From Nemertoderma westbladi (lineage: Eukaryota > Animalia > Xenacoelomorpha): a stretch of DNA of 34,593 nt. The notes under the pieces are model-generated. The model did no database searches. It was not told where the DNA came from and saw only the letters and a program-made list of their open reading frames with translations. The translations under genes were made by a program, and so were the position numbers. Below, piece by piece: positions 8,558 through 21,035 of the stretch. Numbering within the stretch: the stretch's first letter is position 1; each line of letters opens with the position of its first letter. The DNA lies in NCBI GenBank assembly GCA_032718475.1, contig JAUCBJ010002545.1, forward strand, positions 1 to 34,593, given 5' to 3'.

Positions 8558-11015
8558 GTACAAATACAAGCACAAGCGCCCGTACCAGAACAAGTTCAAG
8601 TACAAGTTCAAGTACAAGTACAAGTTCAAGTACAAGTCCAAGTACAAGTACAAGTACAAGCACAAGTGCCCGTACCAGTACAAGTACAAGTACAAGCACA
8701 AATGCCCGTACCAGTACAAGTTCAAGTACAAGTAAAAGTACAAGTTCAAGTACAAGTACAGGTACAAGTACAAGTACAAGCACAAATGCCCGTACCAGAA
8801 CAAGTACAAGTTCAAGTACAAGTACAATTACAAGTTCAAGTACAAGTTCAAGTACAAGTACAGGTACAAGTACCAGTACAAGTACAAGCACAAATGCCCG
8901 TACCAGTACAAGTTCAAGTACAAGTACAAGTACAGGTACAAGTACAAGTACAAGCACAAGTGCCCGTAACAGTACAAGTACAAGCACAAGTGCCCGTACC
9001 AGAACAAGTACAAGTTCAAGTACAAGTACAAGTGCAAGTTCAAGTACAAGTACAAGTACAAGTACAGGTACAAGTACAAGTACAAGCACAAGTGCCCGTA
9101 CCAGAACAAGTACAAGTTCAGGTACAAGTACAATTACAAGTACAAGTTCAAGTTCAAGTACAAGTACAAGTACAAGTAAAAGTACAAGTACAAGTACAAG
9201 TACAAGTACAAGTAAAAGTACAAGTACAAGTACAAGTACAAGTACAATTACAAGTTCAAGTTCAAGTACAAGTTCAAGTACAAGTACAAGTTCAAGTACA
9301 AGTACAAGTACAAGTACAATTACAAGTTCAAGTACAAGTACAAGTACAAGCACAAGTGCCCGTACCAGAACAAGTACAAGTTCAAGTACAAGTGCAAGTT
9401 CAAGTACAAGTACAAGTACAAGTACAGGTACAAGTATAAGTACAAGCACAAGTGCCCGTACCAGAACAAGTACAAGTTCAGGTACAAGTACAAGTACAAG
9501 TACAAGTTAAGTCAAGTTCAAGTACAGTACAGTACAAGTACAAGTACAAGTACAAGTACAAGTACAGGTACAAGTACAAGCACAAATGCTTGTACCAATA
9601 CAAGTACAAGTACAAGTACAATTACAAGTTCAAGTACAAGTACAAGCACAAGCACAAGTGCCCGTACCAGTACAAGTACATGTTCAAGAACAAGTACAGG
9701 TACAAGTACAAGTACAAGCACAAGTGCCCGTACCAGAACAAGTACAAGTTCAAGTACAAGTGCAAGTTCAAGTACAAGTACAAGTACAAGTACAAGTACA
9801 GGTACAAGTACAAGTACAAGCACAAGTGCCCGTACCAGAACAAGTACAAGTTCAGGTACAAGTACAAGTACAATTACAAGTACAAGTTCAAGTTCAAGTA
9901 CAGGTACAAGTACAAGTACAAGTAAAAGTACAAGTACAAGTACAAGTAAAGTACAAGTACAAGTACAAGTACAAGTACAAGTACAAGTACAATTACAAGT
10001 ACAAGTTCAAGTTCAAGTACAAGTTCAAGTACAAGTACAAGTTCAAGTACAAGTACAAGTACAAGTACAATTACAAGTCAGCACAGCACAAGTGCCCGTA
10101 CCAGTACAAGTACATGTTCAAGAACAAGTACAGGTACAAGTACAAGCACAAGTGCCCGTACCAGAACAAGTACAAGTTCAAGTACAAGTACAAGTGCAAG
10201 TTCAAGTACAAGTACAAGTACAAGTACAAGTACAGGTACAAGTACAAGTACAAGCACAAGTGCCCGTACCAGAACAAGTACAAGTTCAGGTACAAGTACA
10301 AGTACAATTACAAGTACAAGTTCAAGTTCAAGTTCAAGTACAGGTACAAGTACAAGTACAAGTAAAAGTACAAGTACAAGTACAAGTACAAGTACAAGTA
10401 CAAGTACAAGTACAAGTACAAGTACAATTACAAGTACAAGTTCAAGTTCAAGTACAAGTTCAAGTACAAGTACAAGTTCAAGTACAAGTACAAGTACAAT
10501 TACAAGTTCAAGTACAAGTACAAGCACAAGTGCCCGTACCAGAACAAGTACAAGTTCAAGTACAAGTGCAAGTTCAAGTACAAGTACAAGTACAAGTACA
10601 GGTACAAGTATAAGTACAAGCACAAGTGCCCGTACCAGAACAAGTACAAGTTCAGGTACAAGTACAAGTACAAGTACAATTACAAGTTTAAGTTCAAGTT
10701 CAAGTACAAGTACAAGTACAAGTACAAGTACAAGTACAAGTACAGGTACAAGTACAAGCACAAATGCTTGTACCAATACAAGTACAAGTACAAGTACAAT
10801 TACAAGTTCAAGTACAAGTACAAGCACAAGCACAAGTGCCCGTACCAGTACAAGTACATGTTCAAGAACAAGTACAGGTACAAGTACAAGTACAAGCACA
10901 AATGCCCGTACCAGTACAAGTTCAAGTACAAGTACAAGTACAAGTACAAGTACAAGTACAAGTACAAGTACAAGTACAAGTACCGGTACCAGTACAAGTT
11001 CCAGTACCAGTACCT
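8558..11015 (+). repeat. Compound (GTACAA)n hexamer array with GTTCAA, GCACAA, TTACAA and GTGCCC-GTACCA variants (unit A)
   Basis: Read directly; source of the poly-VQ/YK/ST pseudo-ORFs. Confidence 0.97.
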
Positions 11016-12319
11016 GTAACCGATACCAATAACCGATATTGATATTGTAATCGGCATTGAAACCAATGGCATTGCATAACATAGCATATATAATAATAAA
11101 TTTCGAATAAGGTTATTCTTCATACTGATTCTTAGTTATTGGTATGAATAGATAGATCAATTTACAGTGAATCTAAAGAACTTTAAACCAGCATTTTTCA
11201 TCCACGAGAACCCAAGATACAGCTATCACAATATACCCACGTCCCACACTATGCATTATTATCTTCTAAGAAATAGTATCCATCCCTTCCCCTTATTAAT
11301 TAATTGTACAATAGGAATAGTGTTTTACACCACCATGCGGCACAGTACGAATTGACTTCGACCGCTAGAGACGCTACAGAATGACGGCCGGGTGGGGGTA
11401 TGCCGCTAGAGACAATATTAATTTAAATGCTAAGGACTGGCCCTTACCATGGTATTGCCATAGTTACTCCATGATATTCAATGGAGCGATATTGCAAAAA
11501 AAACATAATGTCAATTCAGCTATGCCCATTGGCTGACTTACACACATGTCAAAACAACACTTTCACAAAAATGTCTCTGATTTTCAAAAATCTCTTTCAG
11601 ACATTTCTCGAGAAAGTTATCTACAAAAATTAATAACTTCAATTCCAACACATTTCTGCTGTTAATTAAGTGAAATTATCAAACATTTCTTTACGTCCTG
11701 TTCCTTGTCCTTTTTTTCACCTAAATAAGGGCTACAAACCGAGAATCACTTTATCATTCAGAATCGCAAAGCAAAATTAAGACGACTTCTCATACAGTTA
11801 CTATATTTTATAGGCTAGCTAAATCCAATCAATTTCATTTATACAATCAAGGTATGCAGTTAGTTCTGTTGTAGGCGTCGCTTATTCAATACAGGTCCTT
11901 CCTATAGAACTATTCAACCAACCAACATCTCAACACCCCATTGTTCTCTGTTGAGCTGTTCTCATATCATCCTAATCAGGCCTACGTGACCGTAGCGTAC
12001 TTGTTTCAGTTTGCATTCAGCTTGGTGCTCGCTGTATATATTCAAAGGCAGGGGCCAGTCATCCCATATAATTACTTTATATTGTGTTGTCAATAACAGT
12101 AATACTACTGTGTTTTTAGGTTGTTAGGTCGCATTATAATAATTAATGGCCATTCCCAATCGATTATATTAAAGTGTTACGGGACCAAGGACGACGCCAT
12201 CCATTGTTATTACAGGTAAATTTATTATAATAATCCCGTACATAATAATATTCATTAGTATACGTAGCTAGACTTACTACAATAATGGTTTAACTTATTA
12301 TTTTATTTAATTTACTCAG

Positions 12320-12610
12320 GTTGTTATATCAGATCAGTGTATGTTCGTGGCTCGGGATTTCAACCACTTGGTGCGCCACTACCGGAAACACACGGGAATC
12401 CCACCGTTCGCCTGCCGCATCTGCACAAACTTCTTCCAACTTCTCGATTTAGTCTCAACCGGCAAACTATTCGGCAACCTGGTCTATTCGACCTAACCAG
12501 TGTAGACGAGGCTACCACGGACTCCAAGGACCGCAGCAGGAAGGGTTTAACCGACGGTGCAAATAAAGCCAGCGAGAAGAGGAGAGTGAAAACTCTAAAT
12601 GTGAAGGACG
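12320..12610 (+). pseudogene. Decayed C2H2 zinc-finger gene exon (unit A)
   Basis: Frame starting at 12320, absent from the ORF track: VVISDQCMFVARDFNHLVRHYRKHTGIPPFACRICTNFF, i.e. C-x12-H-x3-H, a TGEKP-like linker and CxxC; stop at 12494-12496. First Cys lost, second finger broken. Preceded by a GT-AG intron candidate 12216-12319. Confidence 0.7.
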
Positions 12611-12663
12611 CTAATATTTATCAATATTTCTGCACTAAATCCATCAAAAATTAATTGTTACCC

Positions 12664-13589
12664 GATTTCAGGTCAAAATGTCGAAAGAGACAAGTTGTCG
12701 AACTAGCAAATGTCATGGGTGGTAGGGAGATGTGACAGCGCAATTTTGTTGACAAGCCGGCACAGCATTATTAATATATATGTAATAAATAATAATGCAG
12801 TTTCAATGCAGCATGCTGATAGTAGAAGTAGTAATTATAAAAATAATGGTAATATTACAGTGTTTCTAATATAAGAGCTTTGCTTTATTGGACCCTTAGA
12901 CCCACTAATAAGTCATTTAATGGGCCAGACTGTATCTGATAAAACCCCACATGCTAAAGATAACCCCCCTTAATTGTATGTTCTAACCTAACTATTGGGT
13001 TTCACAATCTGGGAAAACAACAGATATCAAATTAAATGGTCTAAAATGCGATCTACCTCTAAAAATATGTACCCAAACATATTATACGCTATTGTAGATT
13101 ATATTTAGTCAAAAATTAGATCGCATTACTCAAGATTTCTTAAAATATTCAGTTTTTTTCGTTTTTCTCAATACTACAAAAATCGACTTAGGGGGTTTTG
13201 TCGAATTACCGACGAGATGTACATGCGTTGTTTGATGGTCATTGGACTGGTACCCCAGGCTTTAGAGGAGTAATGCCCAATGGTCAGCTAGTCAAGATAA
13301 CTCTTACTGTATAGGCCTATATTGCCCATTGCTATTGAGATATTATACACAATTCGTTAGCCATATCAATTATCAGGTTTCCAATTTCTCAGGTTCAACA
13401 ATTTAGTATCAAAATTCAAAAGTATCTAAAAAAGGATAAGCGCCATATTGTCGAAAGGGGTGCGTCATATTGTCGAAAAAAAATTCGACATTTTGACATG
13501 CCCTAAAACTTTTTCGACAATTTGACTCTACTTTTCGACAATTTGTCTCTTTCGACATTTTGGCTCTTTCGACATTTTGACCATAAGCC
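12664..13589 (+). mobile_element. MULE copy 2, 926-bp internally deleted non-autonomous derivative with filler DNA
   Basis: Left TIR GATTTCAGGTCAAAATGTCGAAAGAG at 12664; right TIR CTCTTTCGACATTTTGACCATAAGCC ending 13589; perfect 9-bp TSD TTGTTACCC at 12655-12663 and 13590-13598. 13215-13389 is the reverse complement of 1-175 (one mismatch), including the last transposase codons MYMRCLMVIGLVPQALEE*. Confidence 0.93.
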
Positions 13590-13789
13590 TTGTTACCCCC
13601 GTATTGTATTATAGCAGCGACCTAATTATTTAATAGCTTTAGATACAACCAGGACTCTCCCCCGCATTCACATTGTTTTAGCATACAATTATTTAGTTAC
13701 TATGACTACATACATCATTTATAATATAATAATTAAACATTAAATATATTGGGTAATTAATTATCTTGGTTACTGTAGCCAAGACTTAC

Positions 13790-14487
13790 GATAATACGAC
13801 CTGCCAAGCTGCAGCTCAGCCGGGGGGGGGGGGGGGGGGGGGGGTAATAAATTATCGAGAATAATGTAGTTGATTATTTAACACCTTTTCTATGCAAAGA
13901 ATTACAATTTTCTATATTAAAATAAAATTTATTTCTGTCTGTTTGTCTGTGTGGTATGTATATTTGTTGGTCTGTATGTCTGTCTGTATGTCTGTGTGGT
14001 ATGTATATTTGTTGGTCTGTATGTCTGTCTGTATGTCTGTGTGGTATGTATATTTGTTGGTCTGTATGTCTGTCTGCATGTCTGTGTGGTATGTATATTT
14101 GTTGGTCTGTATGTCTGTCTGTCCGTCCAGATAAAAGGAAAGTACACAACCTAGCTAAAAGTTTTGCAATGGGGGCTTTCATGGTTGGTGATTTCATTTC
14201 CGATGTTAGTTTTCACAATTTACGGCATCCAAATTGTCTGTTTGTCTATCCGGTTGCAGTTTATATTTTGACGGACAGACCGACACAAACAGACATACAG
14301 ATAGACACGATCAGAACGCCGACATCGGAAATAATATTACCATTTTCCAATTCAAGTGTTTTCCAATTGGTTTTCTCAACGGTGTCACTTTGTTTAACAC
14401 AGGAGACTACTGGTTAAGTAAAAACAAAGTCGGAAAGTCGTCCCACTAAATTGATTGGACTGCTGCAGCTTGCCAGGTCGTATTATA
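13790..14487. mobile_element. MITE-like 26-bp-TIR element (unit B)
   Basis: ATAATACGACCTGCCAAGCTGCAGC from 13791 pairs with GCTGCAGCTTGCCAGGTCGTATTAT(A) at 14462-14487. Confidence 0.65.
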
Positions 14488-14829
14488 CTAGGTCAATATG
14501 TACCACAATTTGTACCGGCAGGTAATTATATTTGGTTAATGCAAATTAGATATAAAAATACATAATTGATAATTATTGATATCTGTATATTTGTGTAGGT
14601 ATTATTTTCTGCCGATAATTGAATTAAAAGAGAATCAAATAAATTCTGATATTTTTTATGACCAGCCATAAGATACAACCACGATAACTGCATTCTACCT
14701 ACTCCATTTAGTAGCTCACGTTTTTACACTATCACTCTTACTTAAACAACAACCATTTAACTCACATTTCAATCAAATGCTACGAAATTTGGTATGAAGA
14801 TAGTGCGACACCTTTTCTTACTGCTGGTG

Positions 14830-15030
14830 ACTTTCGTATCCATGGTATCTGGTATCCATGATCCCAAGTAGCAGAAGTCATCCACTTGCTCAAGCAATCC
14901 GTCCCTAGAGCTTATGCCCTTACGATCAGACATTTCTTGAGGACTGTCTAGGTTCACTGTCCAAAATTTGGGCTTTTTGGAGTTAACAAAAAGACCAATA
15001 CTAGAAGCAACCTGCTCCAATGAGCAGGGC
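14830..15030 (-). pseudogene. Fragment of RTE-like LINE reverse transcriptase (unit B)
   Basis: ORF 14769-15020: EQVASSIGLFVNSKKPKFWTVN...LLEQVDDFCYLGSWIPDT. Confidence 0.75.
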
Positions 15031-15933
15031 GTCCAAACCGTGACAAATCGAAATTACATATTGTCTTTCTATCCACATAACCTGTTAGTAAATGGGCCGT
15101 ACGGCGCTATGTAATCAAAACGGCATCTGATTACGATGCCATTTTATATTAAATCGCTTTAAAGAGTAACTTCCATTGAGTTTCAATACGATCTATTAAG
15201 ATATTTATTAAGGATTGTTATATTGCAGTAGCCCCTCCGCTATAGACGATACAGAGAGTTAAACTTATGAAATCATAATAAACAACATTCATTGTGTTGG
15301 AGAGATTCATTTACGGTCTGGAATCAATTCAATTACAAGTCGCTTATAAGAAAGTTTGATGTTCTGGATATGACGACGGCCGTTTAATAAAACTGTTGTA
15401 GAGGTTCCGATAATATTTCTAGCTCTTAGTTTTGGGAAGATATTTATAAATTATATTGTGTAAATTATATAAATTATACACAATATAATAAATATGTTTT
15501 AACACTATCAGTTAATACACTATTACTATTAGCTTGTACTAATAATTATTGATCTATATGTAAAACTGACTTAATAGTTTTATTTTTATTTCAGACTACC
15601 ATGAAGAAACTCTACACTACTCCGCTAACACTGCACACACTGCATAGAGATGGGATTCTACCATGTTGAAATATCAATGTGTTTTTGTGATTCGCGATTG
15701 ATAATATATTAATTAGATCTATGAATTAATTAATTATGGACATAATAATGGTGATTTAACTATTTATTTACATGAACTGGTATTAAGTTATATAACTGTG
15801 TTTCAAATATTTTGTTTATATCAGTTGACATTACCAATAATTAATTAACAATTCTTATCCAAATTATGTAACTGAAATTTTTTCAATTCATGTCAAAGAC
15901 GTTGTGTTTAAACACCAATATTTGGGCATCAAA

Positions 15934-18900
15934 ATCGGGGCATCGGGTAAACTTTTCTGTCTGCCTATTTGACTTTTCCAAAGTCGCCAGGACGCCCGGA
16001 AGTCCGGGCACAAGCATGCCCGGAAGTCCGGGCACAAGCATGCCCGGACGTCCGGAAATCCGGCAAAATGTCTGTATTTCAGGGCAAATGCTCCAAATGT
16101 CTGTCCGGAATACGGCAAATCTGCGGGCGTCCAGTATACTTTTCTGTCAGCCTATTTTACTGTTTCAAAGTCGCCCGGAAGTCCGGGCACAAGCATGCCC
16201 GGACGTCCGGAAATCCGGCAAAATGTCTGTATTTCAGGGCAAATGCTCCAAATGTCTGCCCGGAATACGGCAAATCTGCGGGCGTCCAGTATACTTTTCT
16301 GTCAGCCTATTTTACTGTTCCAAATTTGCCCGGACGCCCGGAAGTCCGGGCACTAGTATGCCCGGATGTCCGGAAATCCGACCAAAATGTCTGTATTTCC
16401 GGGCAAATTATCCAAATGACTGTCCGGAATTCGGCAAATCTGGGCATCCAGTAAACTTTTCTGTCAGCCTATTTGACTGTTCCAAAGTCGCCCGGACGTC
16501 CGGATGTCCGGGCACTAGTATGCCCGGATGTCCGGAAATCCGACCAAAATGTCTGTATTTCCGGGCAAACTGTCCAAATGACTGTCCGGAATTCGGCAAA
16601 TCTGGGCGTTCAGTACTTTTCTGTCTGCCTATTTGACTGTTCCAAAGTCGCCCGGACGCCCGGAAGTCCGGGCACAAGCATGCCCGGATGTCCGGAAATC
16701 CGACCAAAATGTCTGTATTTCCGGGCAAACTGTCCAAATGACTGTCCGGAATTCGGCAAATCTGGGCGTTCAGTACTTTTCTGTCTGCCTATTTGACTGT
16801 TCCAAAGTCGCCCGGATGCCCGGAAGTCCGGGCACAAGCATGCCCGGACGTCCGGAAATCCGGCGAAATGTCTGTATTTCAGGGCAAATTCTCCAAATTA
16901 CTGTCCGGAAATCTGGGCATCCAGTAAACTTTTCTGTCTGCCTATTTGACTGTTCCAAAGTCGCCCGGACGTCCGGATGTCCGGGCGCAAAGATGCCCGG
17001 ACGTCCGGAAATCAGGCCAAAATGTCTGTATTTCCGGGAAAATTGTCCAAAAAAATGTCCGGAATTCTGTAATTCCGGTCGTCCATTAAACTTGTGTGTC
17101 CGACTATTTGTCCGTTCCAAAGTCGCCCGGATGCCCGGGCGTTAGAATGCCCGGAAATCCAAATATCCGGCAAAATGCCCGGATTTCCGGGCAAAATGCC
17201 CGGATTTCCGGAAAAAGTTGTCCAAAATACTGTCCGGAATTCTGTAAATCCGGGCGTCCATTACACTTGTCTGTCCGACTATTTGTCCGTTCCAAAGTCG
17301 CCCGGATGCCCGGGCGTTAGAATGCCCGGAAATCCAAAAATCCGGCAAAATGCCCGGATTTCCGGGCAAAGTTGTCCAAAATACTGTCCGGAATTCTGTA
17401 ATTCCGGGCGTCCATTAAACTTGTCTGTCCGACTATTTGTCCGTTCCAAAGTCGACCGGATGCCCGGGCGTTAGAATGCCCGGAAATCCAAATATCCGGC
17501 AAAATGCCCGGATTTCCGGGCAAAACGCCCGGATTTCCGGGCAAAATGCCCGGATTTCCGGACAAAGTTGTCCAAAATACTGTCCGGAATTCTGTAATTC
17601 CGGGCGTCCATTAAACTTGTCTGTCCGACTATTTGTCCGTTCCAAAGTCGCCCGGATGCCCGGGCGTTAGAATGCCCGGAAATCCAAATATCCGGCAAAA
17701 TGCCCGGATTTCCGGGCAAAACGCCCGGATTTCCGGGCAAAATGCCCGGATTTCCGGGCAAAATGCCCGGATTCCGGGCAAAGTTGTCCAAAATACTGTC
17801 CGGAATTCTGTAAATCCGGGCGTCCATTACACTTGTCCGTCCGACTATTTGTCCGTTCCAAAGTCGCCCGGATGCCCGGGCGTTAGAATGCCCGGAAATC
17901 CAAAAATCCGGCAAAATGCCCGGATTTCCGGGCAAAGTTGTCCAAAATACTGTCCGGAATTCTATAAATCCGGGCGTCCATTACACTGGTCTGTCCGACT
18001 ATTTGGCCGTTCCAAAGTCGCCCGGATGCCCGGGCGTTAGAATGCCCCGAATTCCAAAAATCCGGCAAAATGCCCGGATTTTCGGGCAAAATGCCCGGAT
18101 TTCCAGGCAAAATGCCCGGATTTCCGGGCCAAGTTGTCCAAAATACTGTCCGGAATTCTGTAAATCCGGGCGTCCATTACACTTGTCTGTCCGACTATTT
18201 GTCCGTTCCAAAGTCGCCCGGATGCCCGGGCGTTAGAATGCCCGGAAATCCAAAAATCCGGCAAAATGCCCGGATTTCCGCGCAAAGTTGTCCAAAATAC
18301 TGTCCGGAATTCTGTAAATCCGGGCGTCCATTACACTTGTCTGTCCGACTATTTGTCCGTTCCAAAGTCGCCCGGATGCCCGGGTGTTAGAATGCCCGGA
18401 AATCCAAAAATCCGGCAAAATGCCCAGATTTCCGGGCAAAGTTGTCCAAAATACTATCCGGAATTCTGTAAATCCGGGCGTCCATTAAACTTGTCTGTCC
18501 AACTATTTGTCCGTTCCAAAGTCGCCCTGATGCCCGGGCGTTAGAATGCCCGGAAATCCAAAAATCCGGCAAAATGCCCGGATTTCCGGGCAAAATTCCC
18601 GGATTTCCGGGCAAAATGCCCGGATTTCCGGGAAAAGTTGTCCAAAATACTGTCCGGAATTCTATAAATCCGGGCGTCCATTACACTGGTCTGTCCGACT
18701 ATTTGGCCGTTCCAAAGTCGCCCAGATGCCCGGGCGTTAGAATGCCCCGAATTCCAAAAATCCGGCAAAATGCCCGGATTTTCGGGCAAAATGCCCGGAT
18801 TTCCGGGCAAAATGCCCGGATTTCCGGGAAAAGTTGTCCAAAATACTGTCCGAAATTCTGTAAATCCGGGCGTCCATTACACTTGTCTGTCCGACTATTT

Positions 18901-21015
18901 GTCCGTTCCAAAGTCGCCCGGATGCCCGGGCGTTAGAATGCCCGGAAATCCAAAAATCCAGCAAAATGTCCGGATTTCCGGGCAAAGTTGTCCAAAATAC
19001 TGTCCGGAATTCTGTAATTCCGGGCGTCCATTAAACTTGTGTGTCCGACTATTTGTCCGTTCCAAAGTCGCCCGGATGCCCGGGCGTTAGAATGCCCGGA
19101 AATCCAAATATCCGGCAAAATGCCCGGATTTCCGGGCAAAGTTGTCCAAAATACTGTCCGGAATTCTGTAATTCCGGGCGTCCATTAAACTTGTGTGTCC
19201 GACTATTTGTCCGTTCCAAAGTCGCCCGGATGCCCGGGCGTTAGAATGCCCGGAAATCCAAATATCCGGCAAAATGCCCGGATTTTCGGGCAAAATGCCC
19301 GGATTTCCGGGCAAAGTTGTCCAAAATACTGTCCGGAATTCTGTAAATCCGGGCGTCCATTACACTGGTCTGTCCGACTATTTGGCCGTTCCAAAGTCGC
19401 CCGGATGCCCGGGCGTTAGAATGCCCCGAATTCCAAAAATCCGGCAAAATGCCCGGATTTCCGGGCAAAATGCCCGGATTTCCGGGCAAACTTGTCCAAA
19501 ATACTGTCCGGAATTCTGTAAATCCGGGCGTCCATTACACTTGTCTGTCCGATTATTTGTCTGTTCCAAAGTCGCCCGGATGCCCGGGCGTTAGAATGCC
19601 CGGAAATCAAAAAATCCGGCAAAATGCCCGGATTTCCGGGCAAAGTTGTCCAAAATACTGTCCGGAATTCTGTAAATCCGGGCGTCCATTACACTTGTCT
19701 GTCCGATTATTTGTCCGTTCCAAAGTCGCCCGGATGCCCGGGCGTTAGAATGCCCGGAAATCCAAAAATACGGCAAAATGCCCGGATTTCCGGGCAAAGT
19801 TGTCCAAAATACTGTCCGGAATTCTGTAATTCCGGGCGTCCATTAAACTTGTCTGTCCGACTATTTGACCGTTCCAAAGTCGCCCGGATGCCCGGGCGTT
19901 AGAATGCCCGGAAATCCAAATATCCGGCAAAATGCCCGGATTTCCGGGCAAAATGCCCGGATTTCCGGGCAAACAGCCCCGGATTTCCGGGCAAAGTTGT
20001 CCAAAATACTGTCCGGAATTCTGTAAATCCAGGCGTAAATTCGACTATTTGTCCGTTCCAAAGTCGCCCGGAAGTCCGGACGCCCGGACACTGGAATGCC
20101 CGGACATCCAAAAATCCGGCCAATTTTCCGGATTTCCGTGCAAATTTCTCCAAAATACTGCCCGGAATTCTGTAAATCCGGGCGTCCATTTAACTTGTCT
20201 GTCCGACTATTTGTCCGTTCTGAAGTCGCCCAGATGTCCGGACGCCCGGGCACTGGAATGCCCGGACATCCAAAAATCAGGCAAATTGTCTGGTTTTCCG
20301 GGCAAATTTGTCCAAAATACTGTCCGGAATTTTGTAAATCCGGGCGTCCATTAAACTTGTCTGTCCGACTATTTGTCCATTCCAAAGTCGCCCGGACTTC
20401 CGGATGTCCGGACTTCCGGGCACTAGGATACCCGGACGTCCGGAAATCCGGCCAAAATGTCTGTATTTCCGGGCAAACTGTCCTAATTACTGTCCGGAAT
20501 TCGGCAAATCTGGGCGTCCTTTAAACTTTTCTGTCCGAAAATTTGACCGTTCCAAAGTCGCCCGGATGCCCGGGCACTGGAATGCCCGGACATCCAAAAA
20601 TCCGGCAAATTTTCCGGATTTCCGGGCAAATTTGTCCAAAATACTGCCCGGAATTCCGTAAATCCGGGCGTCCATTCAACTTGTCTGTTCGACTATTTGT
20701 CGGTTCTAAATTCGCCAGGACGCCCGGGCACTGGAATGCCCGGACATCCAAAAATCCGGCAAATTGTCCGGATTTCCGGGCAAATTGTCCAGATTTCCGG
20801 GCAAATTTGTCCAAAATACTGCCCGGAATTCCGTAAATCCGGGCGTCCATTAAACTTTTCTGTCCGAAAATTTGACCGTTCCAAAGTCACCCGGATGTCC
20901 GGATGCCCGGGCACTAGAATGCCCGGACATCCAAAAATCCGGCAAATTTTCCGGATTTCCGGGCAAAACTGTCCAAAATACTGTCCGGAATTCTGTAAAT
21001 CCGGGCGTCCATTAA
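15934..21015 (+). repeat. CCGG-rich 154/175/196-bp satellite, roughly 30 copies (unit B)
   Basis: Same consensus as 4590-8557 with a different monomer order; one 216-bp monomer (217 minus 1) at ~17670-17886. Confidence 0.97.
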
Positions 21016-21035
21016 TCTTGTTATATTGATTATAT

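Larger units (their letters stand above)
2007..12663. repeat. Macro-repeat unit A (~10.7 kb)
   Basis: Collinear and highly similar to 13590-25475 and 26200-34593; the ORF track recurs at offsets 24192 (2322/26514), 23990 (5861/29851) and 12814 (11167/23981). Unit start is set arbitrarily at the MULE target site. Confidence 0.93.

Noticed and set aside
8498-11123. Poly-VQ/YK/LV/ST ORFs, including the 699-aa ORF at 32488-34587 that looks mucin-like
   Set aside because: Stop-poor hexamer repeats are open in most frames; A and A' differ by frameshifts; no signal peptide or unique domain.
12337-12654. 105-aa ORF (99 aa at 25151) as an intact small gene
   Set aside because: GTG start, different C-termini in the two copies, and the zinc-finger signal lies in another frame; treated as part of the pseudogene.
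2007-12663. Unit A as a composite transposon bounded by MULE ends
   Set aside because: The TIRs at 2005 and 12664 belong to the flanking elements and point away from the unit, and the TSDs on both sides of copies 2 and 3 indicate an insertion into a continuous unit rather than mobilisation of the unit as cargo.
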